Shown: positions 1-13,765 of the stretch, in pieces
How positions within the stretch are numbered: the stretch's first letter is position 1
Layout: every line of letters begins with the position of its first letter
DNA from: Lama glama
Lineage: Eukaryota
Direction of reading: 5' to 3'
Length of the DNA: 64,000 nucleotides
NCBI GenBank assembly: GCA_028534125.1
Contig: CM052816.1
Coordinates: 75,518,001-75,582,000, forward strand
Program-made: the position numbers and the translations under genes
Notes under the pieces: model-generated
Seen by the model: only the letters and a program-made list of their open reading frames with translations
The model's database searches: none
What the model was told of the DNA's origin: nothing

Positions 1-23
1 CTGAAATGCTTCTCTCTCTACAG

Positions 24-212
24 GGACAGCGTGCCTCAAGCCAGTGGTGCAGGAAGTCCTGACGCTGTCGCCATTTCAAAGATTATATAAAATGGGTGAA
101 TCCATTGAGTTAACCTGTCCCAGAGGCTTTGTCGTTGCTGGGCCATCAAGGTACACGTGCAGTGGGGATTCCTGGACACCACCCATATCAAGTTCACTCA
201 CGTGTGAAAAAG
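24..212 (+). CDS. C6: Complement C6 internal coding exon (CCP/sushi 2), 189 nt, phase 1-1
   Basis: cag|GG...G|gtgagt. Translates (R)TACLKPVVQEVLTLSPFQRLYKMGESIELTCPRGFVVAGPSRYTCSGDSWTPPISSSLTCEK, matching human C6 as recalled (RTECIKPVVQEVLTITPFQRLYRIGESIELTCPKGFVVAGPSRYTC...). Confidence 0.97.
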
Positions 213-3200
213 GTGAGTAGCAGCTCAGGACCCTGGGGTCTGCTAAGGTGGTGTCCCCCTGGGACTGGTAGTACAGCACCCACAGTGTGTTTGGGGGGAC
301 AATGCAAAAGATTCCACCCACAGGGAACGCTGACTTTCACCCTGTGTCAATGATGAGATCAAGCAGCAGGTAAGTAGTTATGGATCAAGCAGGTATCTTC
401 AAATCTTACAAAGTGAGATCACTTTTCTTTTCCAACATAACCCTCCCATATTTTGAGGGAGCACAAGCTGTCTCATGCAACAAAATCAGAACTGATGTTT
501 AACTGAAATTTTAGGTCAAGTGGAGAGCCATTAAAAAAGTGTAGTACACACTACTTTTTAATTAATTAAACATTTTATTTTAACTTAGAACAGAGAAAAA
601 CACAAATTTTCACTAATTTTCAGACATAGCAACAAGCCCTTATTTCCTAGAGGGCCTCCTAATTTGAGTCCCAAAATTTCTTCCTCAAATTAAACAAATA
701 CATAATTCATCATCTACATTGTCCCATATCAGTTTCCCTAAAACAATAGGTTTTTTAACTTTAAGTGGGACACTTCTGTAAAAAAAAAAAAACACCTCTG
801 CTTGGGTCCAGCCCCTGATTCTGATGACACTGATCTGGGAGGACCCAGTATTTGGTGTTTGTATAAAATCTCTCCTAGTTAATCCAGATACAGCCAGAGT
901 TGAGAACTACTATTTCGAAGAGAGGTGAAAATGTAAAGGCAGATTTGTAGCAAATTTGACTGGAAAATGCTTTTAAATTTATATATATATATTTTTCCTT
1001 AATCTTTTACAGTAGTCTCATCCATAAATAATTCAAAGCAAAATTCTTGCAAACCACTTTTAATTATTCAACATTTTCAATGTAGTTTTTATAAAAATAA
1101 CTTTTTTCCTCCTTTATCAGTTGATATATTTAATCAGCTTGCACAATTGTAATAGTGACTGGGATACAGAGATCTGGAAACAAACCTCCCTGACTCATGG
1201 TAAACCTATAGCAGGACTGATCGGGGCAGAAGGGTGAAGCTGTGGAAGAAGTTCAAGGTTCAACAGGCAGCTGGCACAGAGGGGCTGAGAACCCTGGTTA
1301 GTCTGACGTGTTGGTTACTTGCAGGACAGTGAAAGGAGCTTCTACTAATTTATATCTTCCAAATTTCTCAACATGCTTGTTCAAACAATGTCTCATTTTT
1401 AATCAGAGAAGCCTTGAGGATCTGTCTAAGCTTAGCCTATTTTGTGTATGAAAAAACCAAAAGTATAGAGAAGCTAAATTAGACCAAAGGTCGGACAGCC
1501 TCGGTCAAACAAGAATTGTGTAGCGTCTCTACTAATTCCTCAAGCTCTCTGCCATCTTGCCTTCTTTATCCTCATCTGGGCTTTTATAATATGTGAAGGA
1601 AAAGGAGGCATAGCCTGTTATATAACCTTGAAAGTATTGATAAAGACATCTCCTGGAAATTTGTGAGAACTTCAGTTTAGTACTGTGGCTTGATTTCACT
1701 TGACTCCCGATCATATAGGTCAATGGGATGGGTGTGTTTGGGAACCACAGACTTAAGAAAATTAAGAGCATCTGGGCATTTTAAGTAGCATCTTCTTCTT
1801 TATACAAATAACAGTGCACATCCACACACACGCCATGCGGGCACACACACTCATGCACTCACACGTGCCTCTGTGTTTGGAAAAGAAATTAAAATTTTAA
1901 TCCAAACTGAGAGATAATGAAATGTTCCACATCTAGATAAAGGAAAGAAATATCACATCTCATATACTTTCTCTGCAACAACACTGACAGGAAGATCAAT
2001 GAAGGGAGCCCCAGAAAGGGAAAGAAAATCATCAATAATACTGACCACTCTTTCCTCTCAGTGTGGGGGCAGCCATGTGATAAAGAGATTTCCGGGCCAT
2101 TGGTTGGCCAGGGAAAGACTTTTCCTTCTTCAATATGAAAAAGAGTTTTGCTTCCTGAAGAAATGAGAGGCTGCACACCTCCACAGGTCTTTTTGCCCTT
2201 CCTCTGAAAAACCAACACCTCCTGAAGATCCCTTGCCCTCAGCATCTTAAAGATGATAATGTTCTCATTTCCATGTTGCTCACAGACTGTGCAAGGCAGG
2301 CCACCTGGGCAGCTGAGGCCAGTTCGGGCTTCCACTGGACACTTAGTGGGGGAGCACGTGATCATTGATGATTTCAAATTGGTAGTTAACAGAGCAATGC
2401 TCTGTGTGCTCTTTGGAAACAAGGTATAGCATAGGATCCTTCCCTGTCCTATGTCTGGATGTATATACAAAGGGCAAAGAGGCATAGTTACACCAGAAAC
2501 CCGAGAAAAATAATCCCATGTCGATGAAAATCTTAGTATCTGAGATCTTACCAGCAGCTGTATGTCTCCATGTCCATGAAAGTTCTGAGCCAAATGCCAC
2601 CAGACGGAATGAGGTTCCTAACAGAGGATAATAGTAGGAAATGGAAATGCATGTCAGCAAAGAAGAAAAACTACCAATGTTTAAAATCTTTATTTTTGCC
2701 TCTAACATAAACCTCCCTCCTTCCCTTCCAAACCTCCTGCCTAATATATCTGCCCACTGCCCTCCTTTAACATTTATTTGCTTACAGAGGCCACTGTGGT
2801 TCTGTGGATGCCTGATTAGTCAGATCCAGTCCAGGGAAGTTTGTTTCATCCAGTCTGTTCAAGAGGTCAGCTCCAGGTTCAATTCAGCTGGTCTAAAGCT
2901 TCTCTGGATGAGCTTCAATATAAGCAAAGATAAACAAGATTTACCCTTCCATATAATATACCCAAGTGTTATTCCTTCTGCTTTAATCTCTCTTCCTCAC
3001 ACTCACATTATTTAATTGCTCACTTTCACTCAAGCATCATTTCCTTATAGATCTTTCCTTAAATTTATCAGTTGGGTTTTTTTTGGATGATATGGTCTCC
3101 TAGAACTATATTTCTTCAAAATACTTTCCTTAGTCTTTAGTTATAAACCCATCACTGTGGTTAATTAATTAATGTCTGTTTTCCCACTATTCTTTAGATT

Positions 3201-3379
3201 CATGAAAGAAGGAGACTAATGTTGTTTTCATTCTTTCTATTTTTTTTTCCAAGCAACATCCTAGTGCCTAGAATATAATGCAGGGATAAATAACTACATT
3301 TGAGAGTTGCATTTCTCCATTGACTCCTCTTGTAAGAAACTTTGACTTTCAAGACATTACCCCTCCTCTCAAAATCCGT

Positions 3380-4665
3380 TTACACAATCGTGGCCACTGA
3401 CATCCCATATTGCTAAACGTAATGGACAATATTTTGGTCCTCATCTCCCTTGACCTCATAGCGACATTCAACAGTATTGACCTCCTTCTGCACATGCGTC
3501 TTTCCCTGGCTTCCAGGACACAGCCTCTTGACTCTTGCCCTCTATTTTTGGAAGGTTCCTGCCTGTGGGTGGACGTTAAATGTCAGAGCTCCTCAAAGCT
3601 CAGCTCTGTCCTCTCACCTCGTCATGCTCCATTCTCCCGCTGAGGAATCTCACCCATACCCATAGCTTCAGTGGTTTCCCCATAGACTAATAACAAATTT
3701 AAATCTTTACCACAGACCTCTCCACTGAGCTTTACACCTGCATATCCAAATTCTTATATATCTATTTTGTTTGGATGTCTTAAAGAGACTGTAAGTTCAA
3801 CATACACAGAAAGGAATTCTTGAGTCATCTCTCGCCTCCCTAACAACTAACATCTTCTCATATTTTCTATTTCAGTTCAGGCATCAATGTCTATTCTCTT
3901 ATGCAAGACAGAAACCTAAGAATTATGCTTGACAGCTCTCATACCTTACCCACACTATGCAATATCACCCATTGCACCTGCTCAGTATGTTTCAAGTTCA
4001 TCCACTTCTCTCCATTTCCACCTCTCGCACTTTGGTCCAAATTACCATCCTCTTTCACCCGATCTACTACAATAAGCTCATAAATTGTCTACTCTCTTGA
4101 CCACCATGCCTTTCCAAATCCATTCTCCACACAAAATCCAGACCTGATTTTGTCACACCACTTCCTGCTGAAACCTATCGAAGACCTTCCATTGCTTATA
4201 AAAAAAGACAGAAATCCTCCAAAAGCTCTATATGAGCCTACATGGTCTGCCACCAGCCACCTCTCTGTCCACATCTTGTTCCATGCACTTGTTTTCTTGC
4301 ACTTCAACCACCCTGGCTTTCTTTCAGTTCTAAGAAGGTCATGTGTTACCTCTTGTGTGGGCACTTTCGTGCCTGATGTTTCCTTTGCTTCAAACACACT
4401 CCCTTTTCTCTTCCCATTTTACCATTCACAACCCACCTAGCTATATCAGTTTTCTTGATTACATGCTTTCTCTTTAATATCACCAATAACAGCAGCAATT
4501 CTATCTGTATTAGTTTGTTGATTTGATCCATGTCTGTCTGCTCCACAAGACGAGAAGCTGTGTGAGCGCAGGGTCTGGGTCACATTTTGCTGAATCCACT
4601 ATCCCCACAACCTGTCTCAGTGCTGGGATAGTCGCTCCATAAATATTTGAATAACAAATGAACAA
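3380..4665 (+). mobile_element. L2 LINE remnant (RT C-terminal part and 3' end)
   Basis: ORF 3410..3643 LVLISLDLIATFNSID resembles the L2 RT motif VLILLDLSAAFDTVDH. The 3' end ...ctccataaatatttgaataacaaatgaa is typical of L2. Boundaries approximate. Confidence 0.8.
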
Positions 4666-4914
4666 AAAATTTCACCACTTCCATTTTCTTTAGGTCTCTG
4701 AACTTAATAGCAGTTTTAGGTTGGAAAATGACAGCTCATGAGAACTAGAAAGGATCTGTCAGATGGACTATTCCATGACAACATATTTGGAAAAGCCAAA
4801 ACGAACGCTCTAACTCCAGGAGATAAATGAGAACCTTTCACCACTGCCTTTTCTCCTAAATACAAACCTATCACTTGAAGTCCATGCTGTGTATTATTCT
4901 TTCTTTTGTTTCAG

Positions 4915-5005
4915 ATATTCTGACAAGATTAAGGGGCCATTGTCAACCAGGAGAAAAACAGACAGGATCTGAATGCATCTGCATGTCTCCAGAAGAAGAC
5001 TGCAG
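4915..5005 (+). CDS. C6: Complement C6 coding exon (start of FIM1), 91 nt
   Basis: Polypyrimidine tract ttcttttgtttcag|AT ... AG|gtaag. Translates (D)ILTRLRGHCQPGEKQTGSECICMSPEEDC(S), in frame with both neighbouring exons. Confidence 0.97.
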
Positions 5006-5559
5006 GTAAGAGATATGGACTGGGGAAACTGGGGAAAGCAGTCTAGTGTAACCAGCAAAATGGAGGAGCTGGGCTTCTTGAAGCATAAACATGAAACATA
5101 CTGATTTTTCACGTAACTGATACCCCTGTGCTCTGTTGAATTCCTCCTTCCCCACTGGGTAGCAAACTGTCTTAATTATCTCTCAGCCCTTGTGCCCTAA
5201 GTTTGCATGGCTTTTGCAACTAAAACTGTATCATTCTGGTCATACAGACTTATTCCTGTTCAGTTTAAAACTTCAGACTCAATTGCCTCAAAGCCTTCCT
5301 CTTCCTCCTAAGTATAGGGCAAGGTTGTGACTCCAAAAGCTTGGAGTAGAGAAAGTGGTGTGAGCATGGACTTCACACACACACACACATCGCTTTCTCA
5401 GTTTATGCTTTCATGTGGGGCCAGAGAGGATGAAGAAAGATGATATATCCTCATGTGACTGCTAAGACTTTATTTTGTTAATAAGTGCCATTTTTTTTTA
5501 CATGAACAAACCCAGGAGTGCTTATTAATTTAAGGGCTACTTTCAGGGGAATTTAATCC

Positions 5560-6070
5560 AAAATAGTATTAGCTTAAGGTAGAATTTTGTTTCTCTTCCC
5601 CATAAAATAAACGCAGAAGTAGACAGTCTAGGGATGGTCTGGTGATTCTCTCATTTCAGATAAGAGTGGGACTCCTTCCTGCTCTCTGCTCTGCTGTTCT
5701 TTTTTTTTAATCTAATGTTCACACTTTACTTTTTATTGAAGTGTAGCTGATACTTTATTCACTTATTTGAATTGAAGTAAAGTTCTCTGTTCTGACATTC
5801 TGAAAGTTATTTCATGGTTCAAGAATTCTCTGCTGGAGTACAGTGGGAGGAAGACCAAAAATGGCCACACCCTCTCTTCTCAAGGAGAGCTCCTGGGAGA
5901 CATCACTGCTTCCATCCCATCGCTCCTCTCTGAGTCCCATGGCTATGCAGACCTGCAAAGGAGGCTATGAAAAGCAGTTCTTTGGCTGGATGGAAAAGCA
6001 TTTTTGAATGAAATCAGAGTGAAATTACTGAGGATGAGAATGAATGAATGTTGGGATAGGAAGCCAACAG
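5560..6070 (-). mobile_element. Degraded MaLR LTR (MLT1J-like), interrupted by a short L1-tail insertion at about 5700-5785
   Basis: Recognised motifs (agtagacagtctagg..., cacatgg-like core, ggctatgaaaagcagttcttt). Boundaries approximate. Confidence 0.5.
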
Positions 6071-7408
6071 AGTGACAAGTGGTGATACTTCACTGTTAGC
6101 ACTGATTAGCTCTCATGTTCCTCTGAGCTACAAGTGAACCAACACTTGAAGGGACAAACTTATTGACTTATTTATTTGTTTATTTATTTACTTACTTACT
6201 TACTTTTGAAAACCCTGCAGGGTCTTTTTCTGTAACATTCCACTGACGTAATTCAGCCCAAAGGTGGCTCTAGATCCACCCTTCTTGATGTTGACAAGTG
6301 GTCCAACAGGTATGAGCTTCTTGCAGCTGGGGTCTCCTCACCCAGCAGATGGCCTTCTAGGGAGGACTTACAACGTTCACATTGTCCATTCAACCCAGAG
6401 GAAACTCTTTCCTTATCTCTGCAATACCAAACCATGAGACTACAGGCTGCCTTCTGGAACTGTCAGAATTCCAGCTTTGCCCTACCCCTCTAACCTCTTT
6501 CTATAGTCCTCAGTTCTCTTATATGTGGCATTGAAGGTGTTTGTGAGAGTGGCTGATCCCACAGCTTAAGTTCTCTGAACTTAGAAAGTGGCCTTTTGTT
6601 CTCAGCTACGGGTTTCAGTTGCTGGAAACAATTTTACACATTGGTGCACTGATTGTTAACTCTAAAGTTGATATCAGAGACAACACTCAAATTTGGAGTA
6701 ATCAAAGAGTTCTTGTCCTCCCAGCAAGAGAAGGACTATGCTAACCTCTTGTTAGCAGGACCCATCCATTTACTTAGATTTAGCAAGTTACCCAGGGATT
6801 GACTTAAAAGTTCATGCTCTCAATTACCATACACACACACTTTCAGAGCTATATAATTATATATAAGACTCTACTATTGCAATTAATAAATGTTCAAAAA
6901 AGTTCAGAGGAGGTATAGACCACCATAGGCTAGGTTGATCAGGATTAGCTTCAGACTGTAGGCAGGAACTGATCTGGACACAGTTAGAGAGGGGAGACAA
7001 TGCGGCACTGACTGAGCTGGGCACGGGATGATAGCCAAGGAAGAATCATCTTATCAGGTTAGAAAATTGTCAACATAATTGTCAGGTGATAAAGAGGGAT
7101 TCAGGATAATGGGGAAAGGATTCTAGAAAGGAAAGCTGATTGAATTCCAAATACAGAAGATTTTCGTTATCAGAATTTAAGACTTCAGACTTAATCTGAA
7201 GGCAGTAGGGAGTACCAAGCTTAAAATGAAACTCTAGAAAGATGAACCTCAGAGCATGTAAGATGAAATGTGGGACTGAAAGAAGAGAAACTGGGGGAAA
7301 ACGCAGTGGGGAGGTAACTGGGTGGTGAGTTAACATGTGAGTTGGCTGCACGTCGTCTCTCCTTTCCAAGTCTTCATGTATAAATGCTTGCTCTCCTCTC
7401 TTGGACAG

Positions 7409-7650
7409 CCATTATTCAGAAGACGTCTGTGTGTTTGATACGGACTCCAACCATTACTTTACTTCACCTGCTTGTCAGTTTTTGGCCAAGAAATGTTTGA
7501 ATAACCGACAACTTCATTTTCTACATATTGGTTCATGCCAAGACGGTCTACAGTTAAAATGGGGTCTTGAAAGGACAAACCTTTCATCCAGTAGCACAAA
7601 GAAAGAGTCCTGTGGCTATGACACCTGCTACGAATGGGAGAAATGTTCAG
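7409..7650 (+). CDS. C6: Complement C6 penultimate coding exon (FIM1 to FIM2), 242 nt
   Basis: cag|C ... G|gtaag. Translates HYSEDVCVFDTDSNHYFTSPACQFLAKKCLNNRQLHFLHIGSCQDGLQLKWGLERTNLSSSSTKKESCGYDTCYEWEKCS; overlaps ORF 7401..7694. Confidence 0.97.
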
Positions 7651-10600
7651 GTAAGCTCCAGCGGGGACCCATACTGGGAGATGCTCTCGCTTAACCTTCA
7701 TCTCAGCTAGAATATCTTCCTTGCATTTATACACTCTCTCTTAAAAATAACTTTTCCTTCATCAAAAATAATTCCTTTTCATTGTAAAAAAAAAAAAAAG
7801 AAATGATTTAAACAGAAGGGGAAAGTAGAACCCATCCACAATTAGAAATAACTAACAATTTGGATATAAATCTTTCTAACCTTCCCCTGTGCATATATAA
7901 TCTGTAACACCCTTAGACCCCAGCAAGAACACCCATCCTGACCTCATGCTTCAGGCACCCTTCCCCACCCCCAGCTTTAGAGGGCCTTCATCAAAATTGT
8001 CTAAATTTTCCTCTCGCAGTTGGAACCATCTGGGGTCAGCCGAAGTTGAGTGCCCTGAGCCTAGGCTGGGTTTCTTGTGGATACGTCACCAGAAGCATCT
8101 GCCTTAAATTTTTTGAAGTTCTCTGGCAGTGCCTGGGATCAGCCAAGGCTGGCAGTGTTACACAGGCAGGACGTCTTGAGCCCAGACAAGGTCTCTCATA
8201 GACCCAGGCACTGTTTCTCCCTCATGGAACATTCTCTCACCCTCTACTGTTTCTCTCCCTCACCATGCCTGGGGTCAACCAGATGCCCCAAGGAGCTCTG
8301 GGACTGCCATCTACAGAGTCATCCCTGGCTCACAGCTAGACCTTTATTCCCAGAAAGCAGCCTGGTGAGCCACTGGCCAGCAGGGTCTTCTTTCTCAAAA
8401 TTGCTTGAGACCAGATTGTTACTATGGTGCTGACACTAATTCAGAGTGATTTTAATTGTTTCTATAAAGAAGCATCCTATTAAAAAATTTCCCTGGAACC
8501 TCACACACCTCAGGAGTAGCATTGATTATATTACAAGTTTTAAAAATGTAGGATCATTTTCTACATCTTACTTTATATATTGCTGTTCTTCACTTAATAT
8601 ATCATGAAATGATTTCCATATCATCAGATATTATTCTGCCACATAATTTTCAATTTTCAGTTTTTTGCGAAAAAGCCTAAATGGGCATTCTATGATTTAT
8701 CTAACCAATCTTCAGTTAGGCATTTAGATTTCTTTCCCAAGATTTTACTATTGTAAACAGTGCTATAATAGACAAATCTATCACAGATAAATCTATAATC
8801 TAAGATTATTTCCTTAGGAAATACCTTAGAAAATGGAATTTCTAGACAAATATTATTTTAAAATGTAGTCTTTTTTGGTACAATGTATCAACTTGATTTC
8901 CAAAAATGTTTTTATCCTATTACTATTCACATTTACAATGTATGATAAAGACTGTCTTCCACACCCTCACCAAAACTTGGAGCTGTTATTCCTTTATATC
9001 TCTGCCTATTTGATACTTAAGAGGTGGCATTGCATTTCCATCTTCTGTAAGTGCATTGCCTGTTGGCATTTCGTCTATGAATTGCTTGAAAGCAGAAATT
9101 TTGCAGCAGTACATTTGCTCTAAGATGAAATTTGAACCTGAAATAGTTCAACTAAGATTCCTATAATACATAAATATGGGTTGGAGATTAGAATTGAACA
9201 GAATTCAAATAGGCAGTGAGATTTCCCTTGTGGCACATCTTCAAAAACTTACCTTCGATCGAGGTATAAAGTAAGCAATGGAAACTCATTGGATTGTTAA
9301 CATCTAGCTTTTGCCAAAGGCTCCTTACTTTTGCAAAAGCAAAGACAAAAACCTTGTTATTACCCTTGACTTCTCTTTCACTTTTCAACCCAATGTTCTT
9401 CAACTCAGTCTTGGAAAAGAGAGAAGCCTTATAACCCAAATCTAGGTTCTTCTTGATCCACTTAGAGCCCGTATTAAGATCCAGGTCCCTTGACAGGTAG
9501 TGGGACTGAATTCATGACAGAAGGTCGCCAAGGAGGCACAGTCAGCAGGCCATCTGATGGTGGCACCTCAGGAGGTCCACGTCTGGGGCTTCTGATCTTC
9601 ATGCCATGTCTGAACAAGGCAATTTCACATAAGAGGCAGCAAATGAGGGCCTGATACGTATGCTGCCCAGTTCTAATCATTATTAAATCATCTTGTCTAT
9701 ATACACGACTATTCCTTCTTTCACTGCCTGACCAACACTTTTACCCAACCAACATCTCCCTTAGAAACTCACGGTAGAAAAGAGCTGAAAGTACTATTCA
9801 ACTATGCATTTATTATAATTGTTTTTTAAAAATACAACCTTTTTCTCTAGAAATTATAATGTAAGAACATTATGGTCAAAAATACATACAGAAAATAAAA
9901 GAGATTTGAACACCAGGGAGTATAAATGGTTCCTGTTTATACCACCATAGGTAGGTCAGGTGTTTGGGGGTATGTTTAGCGTTAACTTCCATTTTCCTTA
10001 TTTATCATGGAGAAAATTTCTTCAGGGAACTCTTCTATTGCAAAGAATTTTTTTCTTTTCTTTCCCACAAATTATTATTTTCAAATCTAAGGGTCTTATG
10101 ATTTAGTCAAAATCTATCTTTACTATTAGCCCATTACCATGCATATATCAAAATCGCACAGTCTCCAGGAGTCTAATTTTGTCTAAAAAGAAGGAACATA
10201 AAAAGTTACAATACTTAACCAATATTGCTCAAGTTAGCAGAATGTTTTGGGGTAGTCAAACTAAAACATGAACATTTCTTAATAAGAGACTTAAGTTATT
10301 TAAATATCCTTTGGTCCTGCACACAGTCAGGAAACTGATATGGTCTTCCTGTACCAACCTTCTTTCATGGGTGAGCAAAAGTCAATGTCAAAGTCATGTC
10401 TGTTTGTGTAGCACTACAGAACAGCATCAGTGTACAAACCACAGCATTCATGAAGAGAGGAAACTAAAAATGTCTTTTATACCCAACCCACTCATGGCAA
10501 GTTGAGATATTGTTGACTTTAAGTGGAATTGAATGTCACCTTGATTAAACTGTGCTCTTTGTTACACTGTGTTCTTTGCTACCCTTTTCCTTCTCAATCT

Positions 10601-12224
10601 AAAATGAAATAAGAAAAAGTTTAAAATGGAACTTCAAAGTAGCATGAAGTTCACTTTCCAAAAGGTAGAACACAAAAGTCTTCCCAAGGAGCCTGTTTTT
10701 ATGGCTATTAAAAGTTTTGTCTAAATTTAAAAAATATTCACCATCAACCACAAGGAGAGCAAAATTTATTCAATAAACATTCATTCAGTATCTAGTATGT
10801 GAAAGTCACTGTACAAACTAAGGTGAGGGGCCTGATGATAAAGGAACTTTGTACCCTCAAATTGTTCACAGTAGTTGTAGGAGTAACTAAATTTTCACAG
10901 TAATTAACTGAATGACTTTAATGTCAGGCCTGGAAAAATTTCATAGGATGCCATGCCAGCCTGAGACCTGAGTCTTAGAGGATGAATTAGTGAAGGTGGT
11001 GGCAGGGGCCTTTTCATGCTGGTAGTCTGAAAATCCTCTTGCTAAGAGCATTTAAGCCATAACCAAACTAGAAGAGTAGTGACCATGCCTTTTCCGTAAA
11101 CCTGGGGAACTGACATCCTCCCTAGAGGAGGAACAGTCCCCTGTCCTTTACCAAACCCTAGAGTTCCCCACAGCAAAGACTTTGCCCAGCTAAAATCTTC
11201 TCTAGCCGGTTGACAAAGGGCATAAAAGGGAAATTCATGCTTTTTCATGAAATGTTTCCTGCTGAGGACGTATGCACTGATGCACTTAGGAGTATCTCCT
11301 AAGTATCGCCATTTCCTTTCCCTGTTTTCTCCCATTAGTTGAGACACATGAGGAAAAAACTGATATCTGCCCCAAAGAAGCTACAGCCTGATTCTCAGGA
11401 TGACTTAGGTATTTTGGCAACAGGAATTATCCCAAATCCATTAGATACATTTCTTTTTGAATATTCATACCTGCATCCCAAATTCAGAGTTGAAATCAAT
11501 TGATGAAGCAGAAATAATTTAGCATCTTGTGAAGAACTGAGCGGGACAAACCAATAGATGGACCATAGTTACTGCTCTCAAAGAAAGCACATGTAACTGT
11601 CTTGGGAAAAACAAACTAACAAGAAAGCACAAAAATGTCAACTGTAGTACTGACAAATTTACATCATTAAAATATAGTTAAAGAAAACATCAGCGTGGAG
11701 GTACATGGCTATAAAATGTTTCATGGAGGAGATGAGGCTTGTAGACCCTGGGCATGTGGGGTAAAGTGAGAAAGCGTGTATCAGTCTGGCAAAAAAAAAA
11801 GGAGAACACAGGCAAAGGACAAAACTGGAACCCCTTTGGGGTCTTGATTGGGAAACAGAGGGAGTCACTTGGGATGGAGAAAGCAGAGAAGATAATGTTG
11901 GGAAGGGATGTAGAGGCCAAACCGTGGAGGGCCTTGAACTTTGATTAAAACATGCATTTATATACATGAGTCTATAACCCTTCACTCAAAGTTGATTTAA
12001 TATACTTGGCTTTGATAACTTTAGCCCTAAATGATCATTTTAAAACTCTTTCATAAACACAAGATTTATATGAATGATAAAACAATAGGGTGGTTTTGAA
12101 ACCAGGCCTCATCAAAGTTTCACCCAGTTTAACCGCTTCTTAAACATCCAGATTCCCAGTCATAAGCCAGGAATATTCTAAAAAGAAAGATACAAATGTA
12201 GTACAAAGTTACATTAAAGAGTTC

Positions 12225-12430
12225 AGTTCTGAGAGTCATCAATGATTTAAAACCTGTCCCTACCACTAACTGTGGGACCATGGGCAAATTGCTTAACCTC
12301 TCTGAGCTCCGTTTCCTCATCTGCAGAACAAGTATGATAACATGGAGTTCATATGTTTTCTGTGAGAACCAAGTGAAATAAAGCACGCAAAACCCAAGGC
12401 ACATTGTGCGGCCACAGAGCAATAAGTGGT
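12225..12430 (+). mobile_element. MIR SINE
   Basis: Core tgggcaaattgcttaacctctctgagctccgtttcctcatctg. Confidence 0.85.
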
Positions 12431-12767
12431 GACGTGTAAGTGTTCTCAGGTGATGCCAAGGAGAAAAGAACATGCGGGACAGACTGGAGACTTTGTGGAA
12501 ATGGGTTGACAGGACGTAGTGACTGACTGGATGTGGGCGTGAGTGAGAGGGAGGTGCCAGAGGTGGGCCAGCTCCCACGTCTTACTGGCTCACCAGTGCA
12601 CTGTCCTCTCTGACATCCAGATAGTTGCATTTGACCATGGTTGGGCCTTTCAAGTCATTGTCTTTGTTTCAGCACTCTCATTTATCGCCACCAAGGTGCT
12701 CACCACTCTGTGGACAGGTTAGGTAAAATCAAACTTGGTGAATCGCACTGTCTCTCTCTCATTGCAG

Positions 12768-12943
12768 AAGCCACCTCCAAGTGCGTCTGCCTGCTGCCCT
12801 CTCAGTGCCTCAAGGGTGGAAACCAACTCTACTGCGTCAAAATGGGGTCCTCGCTGAATGCGAGAACACTGAACGTCTGTGAAGTAGGAGCTGTAAGATG
12901 TGCCAACAGGAAAGTGGAAATACTGCATCCTGGGAGGTGTTAG
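12768..12943 (+). CDS. C6: Complement C6 terminal coding exon (FIM2) up to the stop codon
   Basis: tctctctctcattgcag|AA. Translates (E)ATSKCVCLLPSQCLKGGNQLYCVKMGSSLNARTLNVCEVGAVRCANRKVEILHPGRC*, TAG at 12941-12943. Confidence 0.96.
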
Positions 12944-13299
12944 TCCTAACTCAGTGACTGATAAACAGATTTACTGTCCAAAAATAGCCCTGCCAAGGGA
13001 CACTCTTGTGCAAACAGAAGACGGGCATGTCCAAGAGTTACTGACATAATTTCATTTGTGTTAGTTTCACATAATCTTTCTCCCTGCCTGTCCTGTCTCA
13101 GCCTCACCCATCCAGTTCCAGTCTGTGATGCTGGGTAGCCTACCCCTAGGTAATAACCTGCACATCAATCTAGTAAGTTCTTCTGTTCATCTTGCACTAA
13201 AATGATGGGACTTCTAAGGACCTTTTATAAAGCCTGTGGTATTAAGCATCCTGACAAGTAGAAATAAGAACAAAAAAACCTAGTTTTCTTCAATGAATC

Positions 13300-13305
13300 A
13301 ATAAA
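13300..13305 (+). terminator. Candidate C6 polyadenylation signal AATAAA
   Basis: First AATAAA I found after the C6 stop (about 360 nt downstream), followed about 35 nt later by a T-rich run (13340-13354). A second AATAAA lies at 13462-13467. Confidence 0.55.
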
Positions 13306-13765
13306 CATAGAAATCTACAACACTTGGCAATATAGATTCTTTTTTTTTTTTTTTGGCAATACGCATTCTTGAAGCCCAACTTCCATGCATTTGTCCAAGA
13401 AATAATTGTGAATGTCTGTAATGTGCCCAGGACTGTTTGAGGTGCTGGGGAATCAGCTGTGAATAAAACAGACAAAATCCCTTGCCTTCATGAAACTCAC
13501 ATTCATGGGGAGGAAGACATACAAAACATAAAATAAGCATATAACATATGCTTATGTTTAATGGTGATAATTGCTAAGAAGAAAATAATTCAGAGAAAGT
13601 GAATCCCATCCTTAAGCCTCATCTCATGCAAGGAAATATTCCATGGTTAATAAGCATCACAGCAAGGATGATTGGACTCGAGTGGAAATCGCTTTGCTTA
13701 AAGTAATAAAATTCTTGAATTTGAAAAAGAGAAAAAGACTCTCTCTGCCTTAGCTAAAGTGCATC

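Noticed and set aside
1889..2593. Longest ORF in the track without Ns (234 aa, minus strand) inside a C6 intron
   Set aside because: Non-ATG start, no recognisable domain and no exon structure; compatible with a chance ORF.
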